DNA of 64,000 nucleotides, taken from positions 48,238,001 through 48,302,000 of the forward strand of contig CM097885.1 of the NCBI GenBank assembly GCA_044892525.1, in the 5' to 3' direction. Below, piece by piece: positions 50,844-64,000 of the stretch (its first letter is position 1; the number at the start of each line of letters is the position of its first letter). Under the pieces are notes generated by a model. That model was given only the letters and a program-made list of their open reading frames with translations, had not been told where the DNA came from and did no database searches. The translations under genes were made by a program, and so were the position numbers. The DNA comes from Schmidtea polychroa (Eukaryota).

Positions 50844-52121
50844 TTAGGTTGTCCCATAAGTTTCTTTCGTTTTCATATTAAGAAAAAAATAAACAATAAT
50901 TTGTATTTAATAAAAATTTATTGAATAATATATGATCCATTCTGTTATATTACCTTTCTCCATCTCTCCGGAAGCCTCATAATGCCTTCTTCCCAAACTT
51001 TCCCAGGTTTGTCGGCAAAATATTGATCAAGGTACATTTTTATATCATTTTTTGAATTAAAATTTTTACCACGTAAAGAATTATTCAATGAAAGAAACAA
51101 ATAATAATCTGAAGTAGCAATATCCGGAGAGTATGGAGGATGAGGTAAAAGATCCCAGTCAAATGATAATAAATTATTTCTGACGAGTAAAGAAACATGA
51201 GGCCTGGCGTTATCGTGATGAAAAACAACGCCTCGTCTGTTCGCTAATTCTAGCCGTTTTCTGGCAATTGCATCCTTTAGATTGTCTAGTTGGCAACAGT
51301 ATTTCGCTGAATTGATTGTTTCACCCTGCTGAAGTAGCTCATAATAAACTACCCACTTCCAATCCCACCAAATGCATAGCAAAACCTTTTTTGGATGTAG
51401 GCCAGGTTTAGCTCCAGTTAAAGCTTCTGTACCCTTGGTCCAAGACCGTTTACGTTGGATATTCTCATAGAGTATCTAACTTTCATCCCCAGTGACAAGT
51501 CTCTTCAAAGATGGTTGGCTATTATGTCGTTGGAGAAGAAAATCGCATGTTGAAATACGCTGAAGTTTATTTGAGTCAGTCACTTCATGAGGAAGCCACA
51601 CATCTAAACGATTGATGTAACCCAATTTCGTTAGATGATTATGGACGGATGTTCGTGGAATTTCTAACTTGTTAGCTATTTCGCGAACAGTATATTGCGG
51701 ATTTTCTTCAACCATGGCTATGATTAGATCCGTGTTCGTAGTGGATGGGTGGCCGCAACGTTCTTCGTCTTCCAGATTAAAATTACCGGCTCTGAAACTC
51801 TTAAACCAACAGCGAACTGTTTGAACACTTGTAACGTCATTCCCATAAACCATAAAAATCTCATTTACTGTATCACTAGATCTAAAACCTTTTTTAAAAC
51901 AATGCAGCATCACATGTCTTAAATGTTTTCTTTAATTTTCCATCGTTCAATAATAAAAAAGGGCTTTACTATTATTTATTTGATTTAAACTATTTGACAG
52001 CTAAAGGCTGACTGAATGCAATGATAATAATATTGAACTTAGAACATCACAGGTTCATACAGGTTCGTGCATGAAAATTTCTTTGTGCGCATTTGCGAAA
52101 GAGACTTATGGGACAACCTAA
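50844..52121 (-). mobile_element. Full-length mariner element (1278 bp), inactive
   Basis: 26-bp TIR TTAGGTTGTCCCATAAGT(T/C)TCTTTCG with 1 mismatch; TA TSD. Confidence 0.95.
50918..51943 (-). pseudogene. Mariner DD34D transposase pseudogene
   Basis: MEN*RKHLRH...WLPHE...VTGDES*...HDNARPH...HPPYSPDIATSD; three in-frame stops seen, reading frame otherwise preserved. Confidence 0.92.
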
Positions 52122-52709
52122 TATTTTCAATTATCTTTTAACTAATCAGTGTTTATTACAAAAGTGACAAATTCATATTATATTTAGTCTTCCCGTACTT
52201 AAGTAATACTAGTCAGTAGGGCCCTATGGTACAATCGCTTCTGATTGACTGAATAAAGCATGACTCACCCAAGAGTTTGGCGAACATATTAGTAAGAGTC
52301 ATAGGTGTGTGATAAGTCATTGTTGAGATATAATTAAAACAGTGAGTCATTTAAAACATTTTTAGATATTTTTACCAGGTCCAAGAATTTTTTAAATGAT
52401 CACAATAGTTTGATTTTTATTATGGCTTTATTTTTACAAAATCGACATAGATATTTCTCAAAAATTTCATTTTAAAAACTTCATAAAATCTTTTGACTTT
52501 TCCAGAAATAGAATAAAAAACTTCTTTTTATAAAATATTTTCTAAATATTTTTAGACATAGAAAATTTCTAAACAAAGACATCCCAATTAAAGTTTTTTA
52601 CTTTTTCCAGAAATCCACTAAAATTGGATTTCAAACTTAATATCCCGATGAGCCGCATTGAATGTATGAAATATTTACTCTTGAAATATTTGTGGATTTT
52701 ATCTATTTA

Positions 52710-53450
52710 TACCCCGGCCTACCAAAAGTCTCCAGTCAGGCAGTTAATTACACATTACAGTTTATAATGAACGTCTGCAGTGCAAATATTAACAGCAATG
52801 GGAACAAAGGTTACCAACACCTTTAACATGCTGCATGCACACACGCAGTCACTCACACACAGAATATGACTACTCACACCAGACACACAATAGTGGTGAC
52901 AGTGAGTCATGTTTATTTTCTTAGAATATGGCTACTCGAAGAGAGCTTACAAACTTTCAGAAAAGCATTATTTACGGATGTTACTTTGTGGGAAAACTCA
53001 GAGTGAAACTGCTGGATTGAATGACATCCCAGTGGAACTATTAATTACTTCCTGCAGAAATACCGCCAGGAGCAGACACATGTCAACAACCAACGCTCAG
53101 GCCTCCCTAAACTTCTGAGAATCCGTACACAACAGCAGCTGAAACGACTTATGGTGACTTATCGTCGGCTTCCCTTTACAAATTAGTGTCCGCATTTAAC
53201 ACTGGCTCTATGAATGCCTACATGTCCACCATTCGTCGTGCATTACATTTTCATGGTTTCTATGACAGATACTGCGTAAGGAAGCCTTTGATTACAGAAA
53301 CAATTCGTCGTCGAAGAGAAGGAATTGAACATCAGAACAATGGCGCTCAGCCATTTGGAGTGATGAATCACGTTTCACTACCTGATTGGAGACTTTATGT
53401 AGACCGGGGTATGTGAACTGCTTAATATTTTTTGATATTTTTTAAGTGAC
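52710..53450 (+). mobile_element. Decayed Tc1 transposon
   Basis: STIRRALHFHGF...RKPLIT...WSDESRF. Confidence 0.7.
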
Positions 53451-54889
53451 ATGTACACCCATTGGAACATAACAGTCTCATAGAATCTTTGCAAACAATG
53501 CGATTTTCAATGCATCTTATTTCTAAACCTCGAACAATATCGCAGTGCAACTCTAAAAGTTGTCCTATATGAATATTCGTAAATCAAAATATTTATTTAC
53601 AAATAACTCTGGTGCACAATAATCCATGGTATTTTTTATTCCTGTGTATAATTCTTTAATCTTCTTTAAAATTACTTCAAATAAGTAATCTAGATATAAA
53701 GATTATAAAGAAATTATAAATTAAAATATATTCTTTACTTTTTGACATTTTTATAATAACTAAACACAAAATTAATTAACATTTTAATATCTGATATAAT
53801 ATTTTTTACATACTGATTATATTCTAAAGTTTTTATTCCAATTATTACAACAAATTTATATGATAATAATAATATGTAATTTGATAGATATTTGTTTGCT
53901 CTTTTCATCGAAATATAACGTTACATGATTTGAATGTTTTGTCAAGTTTCTTAAATTTAAAAAAATTTTCAATATTTTTAAAATTTGAAAATTTGAAAAT
54001 CTTTTTAAATATAAATAACACTACATTGATTCATGTCATTCGATAGATTACGTTCTCCTCTTTCGTCCGGCCTATATATCATATTAAAACAGTAGAAAAA
54101 TTTTAATAAGTTTTCAAAATTTTTAAAAATAAAAATTAAAATGTGCAGAAAAAATTTCTAAGACTTAAGTTTTTGAACTTTTGACCTTAGTAACCTTATA
54201 CCCTTGTGAAACCTTGTAAGATATGGTCCAACATTTTCTCCATTATTGTGCCAATATTTGAAATCATGTTAGAGAAAATCAAAATTTCTGACACTTTGAA
54301 GGTTTTAACATACCATGGTTGAACCCTCAAAGGTATAAGTAGCATCATATTGTAGAGCATCCTTCTATCTACACACCTACAATTTGGTCATCTATCGATA
54401 TGACTTTAATTTTAAAAATATTATTGTTGGATTTTGACCATTCATAAAAACCTTCAAAATGAATCTGGCCAAACCTTTGATTACCTTGGATCACAATAAT
54501 AAACATTTGGATACCCTCAGTAAAACCCTTAGAAATGAACCATTGATCGCAGAAATATAGTGTCAGGAACTCTCAATAATCAACTTTGACCCAGCGCTGG
54601 CCTGTTTTTAAAGTCGACTTAATTAAACTATATAGTATATGTTTGTATTTGACCTACATATTTATTAGAAAACTATATCGATTATGTGTGTGTTTATTAA
54701 TAAAAATATATAGGATGTGTATTTGACCTACTTAATATTAAAAACTGAAAAGTTTCTCTTAAAAATCATTGAAAATCGTCAATTTCACCTACATAAAACT
54801 GAAAAAAATACTTGAAAAAATAATGATGAAAAATTACTGAATTTGATTTGAACTACATAAAATATTTGGTGACCTACATCTTGATCTAG

Positions 54890-55750
54890 ACCATAGATCA
54901 AAGAGTTCTCCGAATTATTAGTCCGACATCAATTTAAGATGTTTAAACAAATATGATTAAAAATTCACGGTGAAGTTAGTGTCGACAGAGTTAAACAAGG
55001 TAGACAGAATGACGAGGGTTCCGAACGCGTGGTTGTCACAACTGGAAATTAGATGCAACTGTTTTGAACCTAACGTGGAAACTGCATTAAGTGCAAACAG
55101 GGTTGATGGAAACATAGAGTTACGGAGTTGCCACACAGATCTTCATTTTGGAGTAAACCGGACATTGTTCTCAACCAGGAAAATGGATCCATCTGTCTTC
55201 AAATCATCAGTCAGGGAAATTATTGAACAGTGCCAAACTTGTAAACGAGTAGATCCATCACGTATAAAATAGTCAAAGGAACATTGGAAGTGCAAGAAGT
55301 TTGGCAGAGACTGACTGTGGATACAACACACTATGGCAACTCAGTGTTCTTGAGCATAATCGATTGTGGACCAAGAAAATTCTCAATCTGGCGAAGGTTG
55401 GAATAGATAAGTGAAATAGAGGTTTGTGGTCATGTTCGATCGATATTTCTCGAGCATGGAGTTTCGTTCAAACTATATAATGTCTATATAATTGTTGAAA
55501 AGGACGATGGTACGAGTTGGATGTGACGCCGAGAAGATAGCATTTTTTGTATAATTCTTTTCCGATGAGTGCTATTAATATCAATTCCGTTCTAGCTTAT
55601 CTCCGATTTCAAAATGTTTTGCGATATCCACTCGAGTTTCCAAGCCAATCTACTACACAATCTGTGAAATCCGAATTTAAGATAGGCGATAGATTTTATG
55701 TAAAACCTGGAAGAACTATTACTAAGCTATTACTGCTGTGTTGAATATAA
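54890..55750 (+). mobile_element. Gypsy-type integrase remnant
   Basis: H-x3-HFGV...CQTC zinc finger, WQRLTVDTTHYG, LSIIDCGPRKF. Confidence 0.78.
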
Positions 55751-55841
55751 AAATAGTTGTTATTGTGTGTATATTTATTTACTAAATTACTAATTAATTA
55801 AATCATTTTCTCGACAAAATTGAAGCCTGTAACCGCTAAGC

Positions 55842-56480
55842 CAGCGGTTCTCAACCTTTCAGGTGCTGTGCCCCCTTGATAACGTTCGTCAAGTTGTGGT
55901 GATGCCAACAATAAAATTAATAGGGTTGCTCCTCAGTCACTGCATTTTTGCAGCTAACTATTATGTTTTTGACTTCTAAATATCTGATTTTATTTATATT
56001 TTATATTTAATGGCACCATATATTTTTTGTTACCGATTTGTTATATGCTTTCGTTAATCTTTTTAAAAATGAATTTGTAAAGGAATAAAATACAATATTT
56101 CAAGTGTGTATTGTGCAATGTACATTAAACAATTAAGAGTCACACACAATCGAATAAATTTGAAAAAAAATAAACCTGAAGAAAGCAAAAATTTATTAAT
56201 ATTAATTGTAACTACGAAAATGTTAGAGTGGCAAAACTGAAAAAGCGTCAATGAGTAGGCTGTGCTTGCTTTTTTATTACCAAATCAGAAATTATTGGAG
56301 CGGTCTTTGCAAGAGCACAACGCAGATCATCTTCTGTAACAAGTCTACTTCTATATTTTGATTTGATAGCCAACACGCATAAAAAGACTGTTTCACAAAG
56401 GTATATTGTTGGAAAATAAAAAAGCATGTGTAAATCGATCTAAGACAGAACAGGATATGAATGTGTTGGGTATTTTGTGC
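55842..56480 (-). mobile_element. hAT Charlie/Buster-type 3' fragment
   Basis: Terminus CAGCGGTTCTCAACC; FPTIYLCETVF...IKSKYRSRLVTEDDLRCAL. Confidence 0.78.
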
Positions 56481-57770
56481 AAGTCGGTATTACAGTCTGA
56501 CTCCCTTGTGTTCTTTTCAAAATAAATAAACGACCCAACACAAAATCTTTATTTAAGACTGATACAGTTACACTTTAGTTACACTTTTTATTAATTCAAC
56601 CACACATAATACAACCATTTTTTTTTGTCTGCACTTTTCAATACAACTACAAATCTCACGCAGGGATAGATCTTCCAATGGGAGATGTCCCTTTCTGGTA
56701 AGTTCGATTTAAATTATTCAATTGCTACTAACTTTAACGTTTTCTTTGTCGCTCTCGCTAAACTTCTTGTTTTCTTTTTCTTCGACTAACTGGCAATTCT
56801 GTTTTCTTGCGGTCGCTTTTATACCCATTTTGTAATTGATTTTACTTTGTCAAATTAGTCTGGATATAACTCCCCCCCGCGCTTCCTCTTGTATCTCTAA
56901 TTCGCTTCGAGGAATTTGCCCGACTCCTTTGACGGCTCGCTCCAATTTAATTTTAGTCGGCTAATTTAATTGCTTTACCAAAATTGGATTGCTAATTCAA
57001 GTTTTCTCAAATCGCTCGGGTTCTTCATTAGCTCGGGTTTCCCATTAGTTAATTAATTTTTAATTAATTTTTGTTTTTTTGTAATTTATTCCTTCTAAGG
57101 ACCCCCTTTATTTTATTTTATTATAGTTGAACTTGTCTCATTATTCGGCACCCGCCCATACCAGTTTCCTCCAGAAAATATTCATTTTTAATTTTTTGAT
57201 TTTTTTAATTAATATTTTGCACTTTAAATTTTTATTGTGAATTTGGTGTTTTTATTGATTTTTCACCTCATTTTTGTGCCTCTCCTGTTGAACCCCAACA
57301 AATATAAAAACTTGATCCAGAATTTGGTCATTGACATTGAAGAAAAATCGTTTTTTGCTGCTTCGCTGGTAATAATAACTCCTCTTGTGCATTCTCAGGA
57401 ACATCTTCAACTCTTATGTTGAAGGGACTTATAGCAAGTGTAAAATTGTGCACCTGGTTGTGGGTATCTAGTTGTAAGTATTTGGTACTTATTTGTTAGT
57501 ACCTAGTTAAAAATACTTAGCAGCTGATAGTTGGTACTTCGTATCTGAATGTAAATAGTACCTAGATAGTATTAAGTTGTTAGTATTTGGTTGTAAGTAT
57601 CTGGTTGATCTTTTAGATTTTAACAAGAATATAACAAATATTCTACTTGGTGAATTAAGAAGAGCTTGATGATGAATAAATTTTGTATCTTTAGTTTAGT
57701 CTAGTTAATTTTTATGTGTTGTTAGTAAAGTCTTTTGTTGTTAGATATTTGGTTGAATTATTATTATTAC

Positions 57771-57850
<80 letters not shown>

Positions 57851-57899
57851 GTAATAAATAATAATAAATAAATTTAAAAAAATTAAAGTAAATCAATGG

Positions 57900-58670
57900 C
57901 TATATTTGGGAATCAAGGGTCTAAAAATTGAATTAAAGTTTTAGGCCACAATCTACTTATTTTCAATTTTTAGACCCTTGATTTACTTTCTTTAAAATTT
58001 AGCCCATAATTTACTTATTTAAGCCCGTAATTTACTTTAATTTTAAAATTTGGACCTTAATTTACCTATGTATCCTTAATTTACCATGCATTTTATTGAG
58101 AACCTTTTTTGTATTGAAAATATCCTGAGAACTTAAATTACTATGACTTTTTTTAACGAGAATCGAATTTTTTATTGAAAATCCCTGGATCAATCGAGAC
58201 CCCCTCACAATGGTCAGAAAAATCCATGCTTCTTGTGTATAGATCCGTGTTTGTATTGAAAATTCCAGGACCAATGAGACCCTAACCTAACCCTAACCCA
58301 ACGACACCTGCCCTAATTATACTTAGAAAAATCCATGCTTTATTATTGAGGACCCATTTTGTATTGAAAATCCCAGGTCCAGGAGACCCACCTTAATAAT
58401 ACTTAGAAATATCATGGATTTTTTAGTGTAGACTGATATTTGTATTGAAAATTCCAGGATCAACTGAGATCCCTTCACTAATAGTCCAGGAGTGGACACG
58501 CACGAGGTCCTCAAGAGTCAAATACAGGGTTTCCATGTATTACAAAGAGCCACAACTATAAAATCAGATTTCCATGGGAGCCACACAGCTCATCAAAGAG
58601 CCGAACTTGCCCACCCTTGCTATATTAGGAAAAAACATGCCTTTTTTGTATTGAAAATACCAGTAAAAAA
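57900..58670. repeat. Degenerate tandem array (TTGTATTGAAAAT...GGA...GAGACCC core) with a 22-bp IR and CCCTAA repeats
   Basis: Core recurs at ~58108, 58171, 58251, 58358, 58440, 58646; IR 57911-57932 / 57962-57983. Confidence 0.7.
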
Positions 58671-58679
58671 ATAAATGTG

Positions 58680-59770
58680 GCCCACGGCAGCAATTATTTA
58701 ACTGTTCAACAAAAAACAGACGGCAGAAACCTTCCACGGTACGAATGGTCGAGCTGCCGCGGGCCACTAACTACCTACTTCCATGGACCCGTATTCGGCT
58801 TTCATTATGCAGCACTGTTCGTAACCAGCTTGTTACCGTGGCTGAATCCACCATCAAATCGATTCTCTAAAATCCCCATTGTATAGCCAAGTTTATACCC
58901 TTAAGCACCGCGTTAAGTTCTGGAATATTTATATGACAGTGGTCATCGCCTTTTCTGAGCCACAAAGCATCCTCAACGACATCATCATTTATTACCAGCA
59001 TAACCCCTAGGGTGAGGCTACTCGCATCACACCACAGAACCCCACAAACACTATTAGTTATCGTCTACCTTCTCTTGACCGACTCGCTTGTTTTATCACG
59101 AGTGATCACTTCTGCCAACTTTGATTCGCATTCTTTTCCAATTAAGTCATCTCATTTCGCTCCCATTGCAGTTCTATATATATATATAACTCCAACCAGC
59201 TTACCGCATATAGAGAAAAGCGTATGACGAGTAATTTCACTTGCAATTGCACCGACATCATTTCTCCTGATCCATGGCAGGTGGTCAGCACGATCACGCT
59301 TTATTCTGAGCCCAAGAATATTTAGGTTTTCTATTGATTCTGCTGGCTTTGTGGTCAAGCCGTATTGAGTTAAGTGATTCAAGACCTTGTCAATTTAAAC
59401 TGTGTCTATATCGATGTCATCAATGTAGTAATCTGTCGCATCTTTGATTCTGGGGTGAAGGCTTAACACTTGTCTGAGCACTTGAGACATTATTTTTGGA
59501 TCACAGTTGAGGCCGAATCCCCATCTTGTTAAGTAATACAACTTGCCTTTGTATCGAACTTTTTGGTACTCCCAAAGATCTTCACTGACGTGTAACGGCA
59601 GATAGGCATTCTATAAATCGAGCATTACCACTTGATCTCCAATTTGTGGCCATTTCTTCAAACTTTCGCCACATACATCAATATCCCTGGTGTGACTCTT
59701 AATGTAATTATTGAGCTCTCAAAAGTCAAGAACCTGTCGGACTTTTCCTTAGTTTTCTTGCACTGCTTTA
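58680..59770 (-). mobile_element. Decayed Gypsy-type RT/RNase H fragment
   Basis: KVRQVLDF, LDL*NAYL, GFGLNCDP, YIDDI, LFSICGKLVG, WCDAS. Confidence 0.82.
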
Positions 59771-60031
59771 ATCATTAAAGCACGTTATGAGACATGAAGC
59801 TTGGTCTAATTGCTTTAGATAAACTTTAAAATAATTTGTCAGTATCAGAATTATTTACAAAAATATAATTCAAATATGATTAAAGTATTACTGTTAATTG
59901 ATGATACCAGTAATTATGTTATTCCATTTTTCTTTGCCACAATATTTTTGAATTTAGATTTCGATTTGTATTTATCTTTTCTGAAAAAAACGTTGAAGTA
60001 AGGATAACGAGTTCTACTAATCGTGTAACTG

Positions 60032-60577
60032 TAAGGTGACCAGATTTTTACATGGGCAAAGCGAGAATATATTTTGAGGTTAGGGTTAGGGTAATATTTT
60101 TTGATTTTTAACATAAGTACAATTTATAAATATAAAAAATTGTACAATATTTTATTTCTTGACATATTTTTTATTTGAGCGAATTTGTTTCAGTAGATTG
60201 TTTTAATATTTTAAAATATTGTAAAAATCTTCACAAGAATTTGTCAAATTATATTTGACACTTTATAAATAAAATACCTACCTTAATTTTCTGTGGTAAG
60301 TAGCAGATTTGTAATATTTATTTGTTTAATTGCTTCCTAGCACGCAGTACGAACACCAAGTGTATCATCTGAGAAACAAATACAATGTAACTGGGTAAGA
60401 AAAGCAATATGTTAGTCTAGTAGTCCGTAGGATTCTTAGAATGCAAACCAATGATTTTCATAAATATAAAATTTAACTTAATTTTAAGTCGGAACTTTTG
60501 AAAAATGTTGCGGGACGCGGGACAAATCGTGAAATAGCGGGACTGTCCGACCAAAAGCGCGATGTCTGGTCACCTTA
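60032..60577. mobile_element. Non-autonomous hAT MITE (family A, copy 2)
   Basis: Same TIRs and a very similar body to 34470-35057; 8-bp TSD TGTAACTG. Confidence 0.92.
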
Positions 60578-61421
60578 TGTAACTGGCATAATAATGACAT
60601 CAATTGAAAGTACATGAAATGTAAAAATAATCTTTCACACAAATTCAATATTAGTTTAAATACTAACAAATAAAAGTAAGAAAAATGAAACTTTTTTGTT
60701 TTCATATTTATGAAATTATAATTTTCTGCGAGCATTATCAATTCTTTTTACTGCCGAAATTGATAATTGAAAGTTTAATGTATAAATTAAAATTGTATGT
60801 ATAAAGTGATGATCACTTGGTTAATTAAATTTAAAACAATTAAATGATAATTTAAGCCTTTTGCTGCGAATTATATATTTAATACAAATGAAAAAAACGT
60901 TGGACTATAAGATAACCCTTGTAAATTTAATCAATTTGGAAATTGAAATGGTATTCTTATATTCGAAAATTTTTCATTTGTGTTTGTTGTTCATACATAA
61001 TTGAATAGCAGATTTATAATTCAACAATAAAAATAGATGGAGTGAACCTAGCACTTATAAAAAATACACATTAACATATTTATGACTTTGAATTATAATA
61101 TTTTCAACAAATATACAAAAAAAATTACTACAGATTTTCAAATAAAATTTTCTTACCATTTTTGCGTATAACATTGTAATATTTTAATATTTTCAATTGT
61201 ATAAAACAAAGAAAATCGTTGAAAAGTCCTTTATCAGATTACTTAATTCAATACAAAATTTCTAATAACAATAAAGACAATCGAAAATGAGTTGCCATGC
61301 CAAAAGATAAATTGCGACAAAGAAAAATTCTGCATCCGTACAAAAATCATAAAAAATATCTGGTCTATTAGGTTAATAAACATAAAATCAAAATTAACAA
61401 AGATTGTTATTTTCAGGCATG

Positions 61422-61757
61422 TCAGAAATATGAAAGAGCTTCATTTAAAATAGTTGTAATATTTGTATAAAGCTGAATTTGATTATTCAAATACTGGACC
61501 ATTGTGGACCGCAATTGATTCTCACGTTCCACTTGCAACCAATTCAACTCAGCATCGACAGTTCTTGTTATGACTCGTACGTTTCGATCAATTCCTTCAA
61601 CAGTTTCCAAATTAATTTTACATTCCGTACTTTTCCTTGAACTGGTTTCCACTGTGTTTACTGCACATTTAGCTAACTCGAGAAGTGCAGGAACCTCTTT
61701 CATCACACCATTAATAGCTTCTAAGTTGTCTTCTACTAAATCACCGTCTTCTTGAGC
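61422..61757 (-). CDS. Last exon of a second SNX9/18/33-family paralog (rest presumably beyond the window end)
   Basis: ttgcag|AQEDGDL...[11 protein letters not shown]...YLNNQIQLY...stop; same phase-0 acceptor position as 50093 and colinear similarity. Confidence 0.88.
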   Translation of the reverse strand, partial: AQEDGDLVEDNLEAINGVMKEVPALLELAKCAVNTVETSSRKSTECKINLETVEGIDRNVRVITRTVDAELNWLQVERENQLRSTMVQYLNNQIQLYTNITTILNEALSYF

Positions 61758-63724
61758 CTGCAATAAAAGATTTATCATATGATTGTAATGGTAAAACAAG
61801 AGCTTAAACTGAATAAGGTGATTCGTAACACATTTTTAACAATTTCATCGTGGATGACTCAACTAGGTGTTAATAATTTTTGAATTTTATATCAGTTGTT
61901 TCATGTATTTTGTGGGTTAAAAATTGCTTGAAAATAATATTTAAATCTTTATTTAAGGGCATCTCTTGATTTTGCTTAATTAATCAATTGAAATATATCT
62001 AATTACAAATTTCATTTTTCATTTCATTTTTGTTCGGTTTTTGAAACAAACCATAGTGTGAAATATACATAAAGTACAAACGTAATGTACTTTGTATAAT
62101 TTATTTTTTATATAATATATTTAATGAATTAAAATGTGTAAGCACGAAAAATAAATTCTTTTGTGAACACTAACAAGGATTTTTTTATATTTATTATTAT
62201 ACTTTTGTTGCTGTTTAAGTGAATATAAAATACCGAATAATCGAAATTTTACTGTATTAACAAAACATTTGTAATTTTTCTTTATTTTTGTTAATATTAG
62301 ACCAATTTGATAATTATTTGAAATTGTGACACATTCTTAAATATTCTTAATAATTAGAATACAACTTCATAAATAGTTCATTTTTGTAAATATTTTTATT
62401 TATACCTACTGCTCTTATTGTACTCTCTAATATTGATTAATTGGTTAATTTTTTGCCAATAAATTAAATTAAATCTAAACATAGCATTTAATAATTGTTG
62501 GTGATAGTTCGTTGTAATATTCCTTGTTATATTATAATTCCTAATATCTATCATTGTAACCGATAATTCTGAAGATGAACATTTCAAATTACATACTATT
62601 TCCTTAATTATGTTAGAATAACTGCCGAATAATTTAAATGTATAATTAAACGAAATCCGCTTGCGTCAAAATGATCTTTAAATGTTTATGCAATGAAGAA
62701 AAAATTATACAATGACATCAAACAATAATGACATAGTTTTAACTATATAGGATAGCTTTATTAATAAAATGTATTTATAAATATTAATATATTCGGATGT
62801 TTGTGATATATTGAACTTATATAATTACATTGCTAGGAATATTATTTATGTTTAGTTAAATTATCCACGTATATATCTTCTAACAATGCATATTAAGTTG
62901 ATTATTTTCATATAATCATTTATTATATTATAACATCAAAGGTTGAACAAATTATGCAATAATTAATTCTGAGCTGGATGTTTTAACATTTGAGAGCTAA
63001 AGAATTTTTATCTAATATATAAAATATCAATTTGTGTGACATACAAACATCAGCGAAGTTAATATAGTGAGTAAAAATGAAAGTGTGTTTCCATGTCCGG
63101 ACTATTTATGGGTAAAAGGTAGACAGATGCATTCAATTTTTCGAGTTATAAATGTAGAAGACCGAATGAACTTGTAATTTAAAAAAAATTTCAAAATCTG
63201 AAAAATAACATGAAAATTCGCTTTTAGAACGTTAATTATGTTTTTTCATTTTCTCTTTTTTGTCTCTACCATTTCAATCTCTAGATACGGTATATCTGGA
63301 TGGGGTAATGTATTGCTGAATTGTGATTTTTGTACAGAAATGAAAAATTTTATGTAATTTTCTTTTTCTTTGTTAGTTTACCATGCACGGTTTGTAATAT
63401 TTATTATATCTTCAAAATAGACTCGGGCAGCGCAAGAGTGATTTATTTTATGACTTATTTTTAGAGAATAATACTTTTTATTTAGAAAGTTTTAAATGAG
63501 AATGTTTATAATTTTAACTTTGGATTAAAATTATAAACATTCTCATTTTAATTAAAACCATTTATTATATTTAAAAGAATTACTATGCCACTCGAAAACT
63601 TTCCAAATGATGTACAATAAGAGAAGATGGATGAAAGAAGATGTCATGAAAATCTGGATTGAAAAATGGTAAAGACCTCGCTCGGTGGCATTTTGTATTA
63701 AAAATCATTATTAATTATAGACTC

Positions 63725-63875
63725 AAAATATTTAAATGGACGTTTCAAGAATATATAAAGTGGTTTCAATTTTGAAGGTAATCCGCCTGAAGGTAATACT
63801 GAAATTATACCAGGCGGATTACCTTCAAAATTGAAACCACTTTATATATTCTTGAAACGTCCATTTAAATATTTT
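63725..63875. repeat. Perfect inverted repeat, 65-bp arms, 21-bp spacer
   Basis: 63725-63789 is the exact reverse complement of 63811-63875. Confidence 0.97.
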
Positions 63876-64000
63876 ATTAGAAATAAAACATGGAACGAGT
63901 GAATGAAAACCGAAGAGCATAGTTTTCCAAAACCTGGAAGGCAAACCAGAAGTGTGTAAATGAATTGTTTCAGCCTTGGAAAAAGTTAAGATCAGTAGTA

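Noticed and set aside
58100..58670. CRISPR-like repeat-spacer array
   Set aside because: Eukaryotic context, degenerate repeats, related spacers and no cas genes.

Overview
AT-rich eukaryotic (animal) genomic DNA with short (42-62 bp) and very long GT-AG introns and many (TA)n/(AAT)n microsatellites. A flatworm (planarian-like) origin is my inference from composition, intron sizes and the transposon mix, not proven. Host genes assembled by hand: (1) an RBMS/Shep-like two-RRM RNA-binding protein gene (+, 2937-25029, 6 coding exons); (2) a complete 13-exon SH3-PX-BAR sorting nexin of the SNX9/18/33 family (+, 28388-50434, ~498 aa); (3) the last exon of a second, convergent SNX9-family paralog (-, 61422-61757). 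Most other sequence is transposon-derived: a young, structurally complete 4.7-kb Ty3/Gypsy provirus (265-bp LTRs with 2 mismatches, 5-bp TSD, two in-frame stops) in the last RBMS intron, a full-length dead mariner, several hAT MITEs with 8-bp TSDs, and Tc1, hAT, Helitron, Penelope and Gypsy relics. The most notable oddities are an intron inside RNP1 of RRM2 that keeps frame only if it is non-canonical (GG-AG or GT-GG), a nested antisense intron-containing gene relic split by a MITE, the extreme compaction of the Gypsy element, and a perfect 65-bp-arm hairpin. I found no clear evidence of a wholly new biological system.
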